Of a stretch of 64,000 bases of DNA, positions 10,299-18,063 are shown piece by piece. The number at the start of each line of letters is the position of its first letter. The stretch's first letter is position 1. A program made the translations under genes and the position numbers. The notes beneath the pieces are model-generated. The model was not told the DNA's origin and did no database searches. It saw only the letters and a list, made by a program, of their open reading frames with translations. Source of the DNA: an uncultured beta proteobacterium (GTDB lineage: Bacteria; Pseudomonadota; Gammaproteobacteria; Burkholderiales; Casimicrobiaceae); contig CAVUHK010000010.1 in the NCBI GenBank assembly GCA_963741315.1, forward strand, positions 168,270-232,269, given 5' to 3'.

Positions 10299-11711
10299 AT
10301 GAAGACAACTCGTATCGATCGCCGCGGTTTCCTGCGCAGCCTGGGTGCGCTGTCCACGTTTGGTCTCGCATCACGCCTCGACCTGCTCAATCTCGTCGCC
10401 GCTGCAGAAGCGCAATCGTTATCCGATTACAAGGCGCTGGTCTGCGTGTTCATGTTCGGCGGCAACGACGGCAACAACACGCTCATCCCCATCGACACCA
10501 GCGGCTATGGCCAATATGCTGCGGTCCGCACCACGGCGTCGGGCATCAACCTGCCGCAGGCATCGCTGTTGCCGATCCAGCCGCTGAATGTGGGTACGCC
10601 ATTCGGCCTGCACCCCGCGCTCGACGAACTCCAGACGCTGTTCAACCAGAACCGGATGGCGATACTGGCCAACGTCGGCACGCTGACCCAGCCGATCACC
10701 AAGGCGCAGTACGCCGCGGGCGTGCGTCCGGAATCGCTGTATTCGCATTCGGACCAGCAGGCACAATGGCAGAGCTCCATTTCCAACACCGTTTCGGGAA
10801 CCGGCTGGGGCGGGCGCATTGCGGACAAGCTGGCGGCGCAGAACGCAGCCACCGGGTTTCCAGTCGTCACTTCGCTCGGCGGTACCGTGCTGTTCTCCAC
10901 CGGCGCATCCACGGCGCCATTGGCGATACCGACGACCGGCTCGTTCGCGCTGTCCGGGTACTCGGCGTCGGCCGCGTCCGTCGCGCGCTTGAGCGCCGTG
11001 CAACAGTTGCTCTCCGAAGCGAATGGCAACGCCTTTGTCGCCGGCGCGAACAAGATCGGAGCCCAGGCGCTGCAACTGTCGACCACCGTCAATCCGATCC
11101 TGACGAGCACCAACTCGACGATCGCCTCGCTGTTCACGAACCTCAAGACCAACACCGCGAACGAGCTCTATCAGGTGGCCAAGCTGATCGAAGCGCGCGC
11201 CGCGACCGGGGCGAAGCGGCAGATTTTCTTCGTCCAGCTCGGCAGCTTCGACACCCACGGCGATCAGATCAACCGGCAACAGGCCCTGTTCTCGGAACTC
11301 TCGCCGGCACTGAAAGCCTTCTACGATGCGACCGTTGCGCTGGGTGTATCAAGCCAGGTGACGACCTTCACCCTTTCGGACTTCGGGCGCACGTTCCAGC
11401 CTGCTTCGGGAGGCGGCACCGATCACGCGTGGGGCAACCATCATTTCATCATCGGCGGCGCTGTCCAGGGAGGATCGTTTTACGGACAGTATCCGCAACT
11501 CGTGCTTGCCGGACCCAATGACGCGGAGAGCGAGGGCCGCTGGCTGCCGACCACCGCGGTCGATCAGTACGGTGCGACGCTGGCCAGCTGGTTCGGGGTG
11601 ACGCAGCAAGACCTCGCCTCTGTCTTCCCCAACCTCGGCAAGTTCGCTACCGCGGATCTCGGCTTCATGGGCCTTGCCGGCCGCTTGGCGCCCAACGCGA
11701 CTCGCGCTTAG
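10299..11711 (+). CDS. DUF1501 family protein (alkaline-phosphatase/sulfatase-like fold), Tat-exported
   Basis: MKTTRIDRRGFLRSLGALSTFGLASR is a twin-arginine signal and the body resembles DUF1501 (...GSFDTHGDQ...DHAWGNHHF...). The start lies 3 nt after the DUF1800 stop. Confidence 0.88.
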   Translation: MKTTRIDRRGFLRSLGALSTFGLASRLDLLNLVAAAEAQSLSDYKALVCVFMFGGNDGNNTLIPIDTSGYGQYAAVRTTASGINLPQASLLPIQPLNVGTPFGLHPALDELQTLFNQNRMAILANVGTLTQPITKAQYAAGVRPESLYSHSDQQAQWQSSISNTVSGTGWGGRIADKLAAQNAATGFPVVTSLGGTVLFSTGASTAPLAIPTTGSFALSGYSASAASVARLSAVQQLLSEANGNAFVAGANKIGAQALQLSTTVNPILTSTNSTIASLFTNLKTNTANELYQVAKLIEARAATGAKRQIFFVQLGSFDTHGDQINRQQALFSELSPALKAFYDATVALGVSSQVTTFTLSDFGRTFQPASGGGTDHAWGNHHFIIGGAVQGGSFYGQYPQLVLAGPNDAESEGRWLPTTAVDQYGATLASWFGVTQQDLASVFPNLGKFATADLGFMGLAGRLAPNATRA

Positions 11712-11798
11712 CCGCCCTGCTGCGTTTCACCTTTCCGCCAGTACATGGCGGGCACCGCATTGCGGTATCGTCGCGGTTGATTCTAACTCGGACCGCGC

Positions 11799-12497
11799 AT
11801 GCCTTCGCCCAGACCCGCAGTCGTCCTGCTCAGCGGCGGACTCGATTCCGCCACCGTACTTGCCATTGCCCAGCGCGCGGGATTCGACGCCTACGCCATC
11901 AGTTTTCGCTACGGTCAGCGGCACGCGTACGAACTCGTCGCTGCCGAACGCGTCGCGCTTGCTTTGCACGCGCGACGTCATGTCATCGTGGAATTCGACC
12001 TGCGCACCTTTGGCGGGTCGGCGCTGACCAGCGAACTCGGCGTGCCCAAGGGCCGCAGCGTCGAGGCGATGTCGCAATCGATCCCGATCACATACGTTCC
12101 GGCGCGCAACACGATTTTCCTGAGCTTCGCGTTGGCCTGGGCGGAAACGCTCGGCGCCAGTGACATCTTTATCGGCGTGAACGCGCTCGACTACTCCGGC
12201 TATCCCGATTGCCGTCCGGAATTCATCGCGGCATTCGAAACCATGGCCAATCTTGCAACCAAGGCCGGCGTCGAAGGCGCGCAACGCCTCGAAATCCATG
12301 CACCCTTGATCGCAATGAGCAAGGCCGAGATCATTCGCGCTGGAATCGAGCTGGGCATCGACTACGGTTTGACCAGCAGCTGCTACGACCCTGCGCCCAA
12401 GGGCGCACCCTGCGGCGCGTGTGACTCGTGCATCCTGCGACGCAAGGGCTTCGCCGAGACCGGTGTCGAAGACCCGCTGGCGGCGAAATATCGGTAG
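11799..12497 (+). CDS. queC: 7-cyano-7-deazaguanine synthase QueC
   Basis: The PP-loop motif [12 protein letters not shown] and the C-terminal Cys cluster (CGACDSC) are typical of QueC. Confidence 0.93.
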   Translation: MPSPRPAVVLLSGGLDSATVLAIAQRAGFDAYAISFRYGQRHAYELVAAERVALALHARRHVIVEFDLRTFGGSALTSELGVPKGRSVEAMSQSIPITYVPARNTIFLSFALAWAETLGASDIFIGVNALDYSGYPDCRPEFIAAFETMANLATKAGVEGAQRLEIHAPLIAMSKAEIIRAGIELGIDYGLTSSCYDPAPKGAPCGACDSCILRRKGFAETGVEDPLAAKYR

Positions 12498-12529
12498 CGA
12501 GCATTCGATCGAAGCGCGGAACCGCATTC

Positions 12530-12575
12530 AAAAAAACTCGCCGCGCTGTTCGCGATTATTGCGAACGGCGCGGCG
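12530..12575 (-). terminator. Rho-independent terminator of the sulfatase gene
   Basis: A 15-bp stem (12539-12553 with 12561-12575, one G.U pair) and a 7-nt loop, followed on the minus strand by TTTTTTT (12536-12530). Confidence 0.7.
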
Positions 12576-12597
12576 CGTAGAACCTCGCGACAAAAAT

Positions 12598-14208
12598 TTA
12601 CTGGCCGTGCGCTGACCGGGCCTTCTCGAGTTGTGCCTTGACCGCTTCGAGATTGAAGCTGGCGCCCGGCTGCATCGGTGGGAACTCGATCGCGGTCTGC
12701 GCGATCTTGCCTACCTCTTGCTGCACGAACTGGAAGCGCCAGAATTCGTACACGAACCAGTTGTAGAACGCGAGGGACCCGTTCGCGCCGCTGGGCATAC
12801 CCGTGCGCTCGTAAGGATCGAGGCGAAGATTGGTCAGGATCGGCCAGTCGACCTTGATGGTCCCGCCCAACCAACCTTGCGGCTGATCCGTGAACCGATA
12901 CTTGAAGTCGTCGATTCGCACGGCGGAGAGCGTGCTTTCCGTGAAGTAGAAGATCTCATGCCGCGCTGATGGACCTTTGCCAGTAATAAGGTTCATCTGG
13001 TTGTAGCCGTCCAGGTGCACCTTGTACGACTTGTCGCCGAGTTGCTTGCCCTTGAGAAGCTCGTCGGTGATGTTCGGATTACCAGCCGCCGCAACAAAGG
13101 TCGGGAACCAGTCCATGCCGGACACGATGCTGTTCTCGACCTTGCCCGCCGGAACTTTCCCCGGCCAGCGAAGGATCATCGGTACTCGGAAGCCACCTTC
13201 GAGCGCCGTCCCCTTGCCACCGGCGAAAGGCGTCTGGCCGCCATCGGGCCAGGTGAAGTTCTCGGCGCCGTTGTCGGTGGTGAAACCAATGATGGTGTCG
13301 CCTTCGAGGTTGTTGTCCTTCAGGTACTTCATCACCGAGCCGACGATGTCGTCGAGTTGCGCCATCCCGGCTTCCTGGATCGTCCAGTTGTTGTCCGAGT
13401 TACGCAGTCCGTTGTACTTGGGCGACAGGTGCGTGACCACGTGCATGCGCGTCGGATTGAGCCAGACGAAGAACGGCTTCTTGTCCGCGCGCGCCTTGTC
13501 CATGAACTTGAGCGTGAGATCGAGTATCTCGTCGTCGACGGTCTCCATCCGCTTGGGACACAGTTCACCCGCGTCTTCGATCTTCTGCTTGCCGATGGCG
13601 CCCCAGCGCGGCTGCACCGTCGGGTCATCGGTGTTGGTCGCCCACGAATGCACCATGTTGCGCGCGCCTACCGTCGCCTGCAGCGCCTGCGGATAGGTCG
13701 GATGGCAATGGTCCTCCATCGCGTCCAGGTGATAGAGGTAGCCGAAGAATTCGTCGAAGCCATGCACCGTGGGCAGGAACTTGTTCAGGTCGCCTAGGTG
13801 ATTCTTGCCGAACTGCCCGGTGGCATAGCCCATCGACTTCAGCGCCGTGGCGATCGTCGGCGCCTGTGCCGGCATGCCGATCGGCGAACCTGCTTGCCCG
13901 ACGGTCGTCAGTCCAGTGCGCAGCGGGATCTCGCCGGTAATGAAGTTGGCGCGGCCCGCGGTGCAGCTCGCTTCCGCATAGTAGTCGGTGAAGCGCATGC
14001 CTTCCGCCGCGAGGCGATCCAGATTCGGCGTACGCATTGCCATGATGCCCTGGTTGTACGCGCCGATATTGGACCAGCCGATGTCATCACCCATGATCAT
14101 GATGATGTTGGGCTGCTTGCCGGGCGTCTGCGCAAGCGCCGGTGCAAGCGCGAACACCGTCATCGCGAGGGCGATGATCGCGATCGAACATCTTCGTAGC
14201 AATTGCAT
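12598..14208 (-). CDS. arylsulfatase (Cys-type, formylglycine-dependent)
   Basis: Sulfatase N-terminal motifs (IMIMGDDIGW) and the FGly signature C-T-A-G-R. The start at ATG 14208 gives a signal peptide (MQLLRRCSIAIIALAMTVFALAPALA) and is preceded by AGGAGA. Confidence 0.9.
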   Translation of the reverse strand: MQLLRRCSIAIIALAMTVFALAPALAQTPGKQPNIIMIMGDDIGWSNIGAYNQGIMAMRTPNLDRLAAEGMRFTDYYAEASCTAGRANFITGEIPLRTGLTTVGQAGSPIGMPAQAPTIATALKSMGYATGQFGKNHLGDLNKFLPTVHGFDEFFGYLYHLDAMEDHCHPTYPQALQATVGARNMVHSWATNTDDPTVQPRWGAIGKQKIEDAGELCPKRMETVDDEILDLTLKFMDKARADKKPFFVWLNPTRMHVVTHLSPKYNGLRNSDNNWTIQEAGMAQLDDIVGSVMKYLKDNNLEGDTIIGFTTDNGAENFTWPDGGQTPFAGGKGTALEGGFRVPMILRWPGKVPAGKVENSIVSGMDWFPTFVAAAGNPNITDELLKGKQLGDKSYKVHLDGYNQMNLITGKGPSARHEIFYFTESTLSAVRIDDFKYRFTDQPQGWLGGTIKVDWPILTNLRLDPYERTGMPSGANGSLAFYNWFVYEFWRFQFVQQEVGKIAQTAIEFPPMQPGASFNLEAVKAQLEKARSAHGQ

Positions 14209-14251
14209 TGTGTCTCCTGGCTTGTGTTGTGAAACCAATCATCGCACGACA

Positions 14252-14271
14252 ATTCATCGCCATCGATGAAT
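14252..14271. promoter_or_regulatory. 20-bp perfect palindrome ATTCATCG-N4-CGATGAAT upstream of the sulfatase gene
   Basis: Read directly from the sequence. Its centre lies about 50 nt upstream of the sulfatase start codon. Confidence 0.3.
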
Positions 14272-14397
14272 CATGCGGCGCACGATCATACAGTGAATGC
14301 GCCACCGCGAGTCATCCCGGGCGCCACGTTACGGTTGAACTACTTCTGCAATGCTCGCTGAAGTGCAAGTTTCCGGAAAGGATATGACACCTGCGAC

Positions 14398-14934
14398 TCA
14401 CGCGGAGCCGGTTGGATCAAGTCTCTCGGACTTGGAAGGCATTGGTCCGAAGAACATTCTTTTCAGCTTTCCCGGCCCTACGAGGCGAGCGAGCTCACTG
14501 GCGACGCAATACACGAATATCAGTACCGTCAGCAGTATCTGGATAGCCCAGAAGTGCGGCCATACGATCTCGGAGAGCAGTTTCTGGTTTGCCGCGGCAA
14601 AACCGGGAGCAATTTTCCAGAAGTCGTACAGATGCTCCAGATAGTGGATGACTAGTGCGACGAAGAAATAGAGCGCGGTCTTCCAGCAAACATTCCAGAT
14701 GAGAGGCTTCTCGGGGAAACGGTTGATGAACGGCAGCGCGTTGGCCACCAGCACGGCCTTGCCTAGGATCAGGGACGCGATGCCGATGGATGTGGTCGTC
14801 GAAATGTCGATGCCGGTGTTCTTGGTCATCAACTCCCGGATAAGCGCGATGATATGGAAGATGACAAAGAAATAGATGGTCGGCGGAATCATCTCCGCGA
14901 ATTCGTGCTTGAGCGTCGTTGCGAACTTTCCCAT
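14398..14934 (-). CDS. hypothetical polytopic membrane protein (178 aa)
   Basis: The ORF has a GGAGG Shine-Dalgarno and several hydrophobic helices. It sits in a visibly lower-G+C patch. I recognise no family. Confidence 0.65.
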   Translation of the reverse strand: MGKFATTLKHEFAEMIPPTIYFFVIFHIIALIRELMTKNTGIDISTTTSIGIASLILGKAVLVANALPFINRFPEKPLIWNVCWKTALYFFVALVIHYLEHLYDFWKIAPGFAAANQKLLSEIVWPHFWAIQILLTVLIFVYCVASELARLVGPGKLKRMFFGPMPSKSERLDPTGSA

Positions 14935-15034
14935 GGGTGCCTCCAGTCACTTATCGTGACTCGCCCGACCAACACAAGCGTGGACGCGAAGTCCACGCGC
15001 GGAGCCACGCTTCATCTGGTCAAATCGTCACCAT

Positions 15035-15871
15035 TCATGGCGCTGGCACCACGCGGTAGTACACGCCGTTGGCGCCGAAGGCTGGCTGGAACCAGGTATT
15101 GCCGTTCAGGTAATACGTGGTGCCATTCTTGGGAATCGCCATGGAACCGGCGGGCACAGCCGCGTAGACCCCCCCCATCGCAAATGATCCGCTGGCGACT
15201 GGAGGAGGACTCGCGACGACTGTCGCGGCGCCCGTCGCACCCGCCACCACACCTGCGTTGTACGCGTTAGCCGTATTCGCGCTCCCTGCCGCAGCACCGG
15301 CAGCGTAGGCGTTGGACGTCGCGGCGGCAGTATTGGCGGACGCCACCGCTGCACCCGCCGCCATGCCGACCACCGCACCCGCGGCCGCCGCTCCCGCGGT
15401 ATTCCAGCCGCCGCAGTTGTAGCAGCCGGCCCCATAGACGTTCACAGTGGTCGGCGGATGATAGGCAGGATACGCGGCGCCGTAATACGGGCTGTGGTAC
15501 GCCGTCGCGCCATTGGCGGTGGTGTAGGTCGTGGCAGACCCTTCGGGGTGGTAAGCCGCCTGGCCGGTTGAGCTCACACCCGCCGTGCCGTAACCTTGGT
15601 AGTGAGTTGCCGTCCCGCCATCCGCGCCGGTTGCGTGGGTTTCACCGGATCCTTCCTGGTGGTAGGCGGTGCCGCCAGCAGCGCTATGGGCAGTCGTGCC
15701 TTCGCCTGCAACGTGCGTCTCGCCGCCGCCTTCTGCGTTGGTGTGATGGAACGAACCGTTGGCGCCGTATGAGCTGCCGCCATGGGCATTCGCATGCGAC
15801 CAAGCGGCGGCTGGACTCGTCGCGAATATCGGGATCAACAGACCCGCCAAACTGATAACAATCTTCATCAT
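15035..15871 (-). CDS. secreted His/Gly/Ala-rich repeat protein with glycine-zipper segment
   Basis: I chose the start at ATGATG 15871/15868, which has a GAGGAG Shine-Dalgarno. The protein has a signal peptide (MMKIVISLAGLLIPIFATSPAAA), about a dozen His in G-x-[TA]-[YT]-H type repeats, and an Ala/Gly zipper (GAVVGMAAGAAVA). It ends in a C-terminal beta-rich module (YYLNGNTWFQPAFGANGVYYRVVPAP). Confidence 0.65.
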   Translation of the reverse strand: MMKIVISLAGLLIPIFATSPAAAWSHANAHGGSSYGANGSFHHTNAEGGGETHVAGEGTTAHSAAGGTAYHQEGSGETHATGADGGTATHYQGYGTAGVSSTGQAAYHPEGSATTYTTANGATAYHSPYYGAAYPAYHPPTTVNVYGAGCYNCGGWNTAGAAAAGAVVGMAAGAAVASANTAAATSNAYAAGAAAGSANTANAYNAGVVAGATGAATVVASPPPVASGSFAMGGVYAAVPAGSMAIPKNGTTYYLNGNTWFQPAFGANGVYYRVVPAP

Positions 15872-15881
15872 GATGTGCTCC

Positions 15882-16799
15882 TCATTGAGTCTTCGCTGGC
15901 TGCGCATTGGCGGGCTTCGCTTTCGCGGGCGTCGCATTTGCCCTGGCTGGTTTGGCCTTAGGCGGCGGCTTCATTCCGGGAGCGTCTCTCGCATCCGGAC
16001 GCGCAAACGCAATTCGTCCCGCGCTTGCTGCCTTGGCCGAAGCGAAGACATCCGGCGGAACGGCGGCGTCCAGTTGCCAGTTTGAAAGCTGGAGTACGTG
16101 GCGCAAGCGGGCGCGATCGTTGAGGTACACGGCGTAGACGCGACGAGGAAGCTTGTCTTCGACGCCAATCCAAGCCTGCACGAACACATCCCCGGTCACG
16201 TATGCCACCATGTCCGTAGTCGTATCGCCGACGACGATCGACTGCCCGATGTAGAACGCGATCTTCAGTCCGTCCGCGATGTCCTTGTACGGATCGGCGA
16301 CGATCACGTCGGTGAACGGGAAGTAGATGGCAGCCGTGTCAAACGCCGCTTGCAGGGCCGCGTCGATGGTTGCGGGCGCGTCGGCGACGGCAACGAGATT
16401 CTCCGCGGGCGAGAATGCCATCATCGTCTTGCCGTCGAAGTAGAACTCTGATGCCGGGCCGTCACCCAATGTGAGCACGCGAAGCTTGTTGGGCCGCTGG
16501 AGCACGACTTCCGACTTTGTCGAATAGACAAGCGGCGGCCCGAGGCGACTCGGACTCTCATACGAAACGACCGCCGTGAACGCCATCGACTTCGCGGCGG
16601 CTAGACGTGCGCTCGCGGCCTTGAGGATCTCTATCGCACGCGGTTCCAGACCCATCTGTATCGCGGGCGCCGTCGATTTCTTGACTGCGGGCTTGCTCGC
16701 CTTGGGTGCCGACTGCGCCTGCTGGCCGACGCTGGCAGAGGCGAACAGCACGCCGGCCGCCAGGAGCAGCGCGCGCCCTGCTGCGTTGCTAAACTTCAT
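15882..16799 (-). CDS. DUF2092-like (LolA-fold) periplasmic protein with Lys/Pro/Ala-rich tail
   Basis: The start at ATG 16799 (GGAGGG Shine-Dalgarno) gives the signal peptide MKFSNAAGRALLLAAGVLFASASVG. The body resembles DUF2092 and the C-terminus is PPPKAKPARANATPAKAKPANAQPAKTQ. Confidence 0.75.
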   Translation of the reverse strand: MKFSNAAGRALLLAAGVLFASASVGQQAQSAPKASKPAVKKSTAPAIQMGLEPRAIEILKAASARLAAAKSMAFTAVVSYESPSRLGPPLVYSTKSEVVLQRPNKLRVLTLGDGPASEFYFDGKTMMAFSPAENLVAVADAPATIDAALQAAFDTAAIYFPFTDVIVADPYKDIADGLKIAFYIGQSIVVGDTTTDMVAYVTGDVFVQAWIGVEDKLPRRVYAVYLNDRARLRHVLQLSNWQLDAAVPPDVFASAKAASAGRIAFARPDARDAPGMKPPPKAKPARANATPAKAKPANAQPAKTQ

Positions 16800-16846
16800 G
16801 TTCGCCCTCCGTGAGGATGTCGATCGATCGAGTCGCAGCGCCTGAT

Positions 16847-17131
16847 TCAAGGAATCATTCCGCATTCGAACATCTTGTTGACGACGGGCGGCGCGATCTT
16901 GTTCAGAAAGTCGGTCCGGGCCTGCGGATTGCCGCGCAGGAAATTGACGGCCTTTTGCTCCTCGGGCGATTTTGGCTGACCTTTCTGCTGCCAGAGCTGC
17001 TCGCAACTCGCGTTTTGGTATTTTTGAATCACCTTGTCGGCGACCATGTTCAGGATCACTTCCTGGCCGCCTGCGATGCCGGCGATGCATAGTGCGGACA
17101 CAACGATAATGACTGGAAATTTCTTCTTCAT
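16847..17131 (-). CDS. small secreted protein (94 aa, two Cys)
   Basis: The start at ATG 17131 (GAGGAG Shine-Dalgarno) gives MKKKFPVIIVVSALCIAGIAGG. The patch is lower in G+C. I recognise no family. Confidence 0.55.
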   Translation of the reverse strand: MKKKFPVIIVVSALCIAGIAGGQEVILNMVADKVIQKYQNASCEQLWQQKGQPKSPEEQKAVNFLRGNPQARTDFLNKIAPPVVNKMFECGMIP

Positions 17132-17224
17132 GGCTTGCTCCTCAACACGACAACGATGGAAGGAACTTCCGTGGCGCACTGCTACCGCAATGCAGTTGGC
17201 CACACCGACGTGGGCAGGTCGACG

Positions 17225-17656
17225 TCATTGTCGCTTGCGCACGAAATACACATCGAACTTCTGCTTTGCGACAGCCTGATAGTAGACCCCGTTGAGACGA
17301 TCGGTTGCGGCATCGTAGGTGAGCTCGTATGTCGAGCCCGCATAACCGCCGGCTTGCAATTCGAACGATGCGCGAACCGTTGCACCGTCCTGCGCTGCCT
17401 GCGCTTTGGCGAATGGCAGTTGATTCGGATTGAAGTACATGGCTTCGAGCTGACCGTTCGGGCCGACGCTTCGGATGGCGATCGTGTAGCCACCATCGGG
17501 CCGCACCCAGACTCCCTTCAATGCATCGAGAGACGCCTTCGCTGCCGCCGCCGGCGGGCGTTCGGTTGTCGGCGCAGTTGCCTGCGCGCTCGCGATGCCG
17601 GGCAAGGCCAGTGCCACGGCCATACCGAGCATTGCCGCGATGCCTGCCAAAGTCAT
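17225..17656 (-). CDS. secreted hypothetical protein (143 aa)
   Basis: The start at 17656 is in an ATGA overlap with the upstream membrane-protein gene. Signal peptide MTLAGIAAMLGMAVALALPGIASA. Confidence 0.6.
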   Translation of the reverse strand: MTLAGIAAMLGMAVALALPGIASAQATAPTTERPPAAAAKASLDALKGVWVRPDGGYTIAIRSVGPNGQLEAMYFNPNQLPFAKAQAAQDGATVRASFELQAGGYAGSTYELTYDAATDRLNGVYYQAVAKQKFDVYFVRKRQ

Positions 17657-18045
17657 GATCGTGCCTGTACACCGACGCGCAGTGCCGTACGCCGGCTCCA
17701 GATGATCAACATTGCGACCACTGCATGCAACATGACGGCGGGCCACAACAGCATTCCACCCAAATGTCCGGCGCTGAACAGGTAGACGAGGAACACCGCG
17801 ATCAATACATTGTAGGCCAGCATCCCGCGAACCGCGGGTGAACCACTTTCGACATGTCCCCCGCTCGGCCAGCACGCCAATCCCATCGCAAGGATCGCGA
17901 TGCCCGGCAAGCGGCCCACGGGAATGTCCTGGTCCGGCAGGTTGGGGCCCACCAACAACCCGACGACGAAACGCGGATCGATCATCAGCGCGAGTCCCGT
18001 GGCGACTTCCATGATCGACGCAAAGGTGAGGACTTTCTTCAACAT
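17653..18045 (-). CDS. hypothetical 4-TM membrane protein (130 aa)
   Basis: ATG start 18 nt downstream of the large sulfatase stop. The sequence is hydrophobic throughout. Confidence 0.6.
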   Translation of the reverse strand: MLKKVLTFASIMEVATGLALMIDPRFVVGLLVGPNLPDQDIPVGRLPGIAILAMGLACWPSGGHVESGSPAVRGMLAYNVLIAVFLVYLFSAGHLGGMLLWPAVMLHAVVAMLIIWSRRTALRVGVQARS

Positions 18046-18063
18046 TTCGACAGCGACGGCGCC

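Noticed and set aside
11712-11798. Possible preQ1 riboswitch upstream of queC.
   Set aside because: The 87-nt spacer has only a short CGCGG...CCGCG hairpin. It lacks the conserved loop and the A-rich tail of preQ1-I/II/III motifs.
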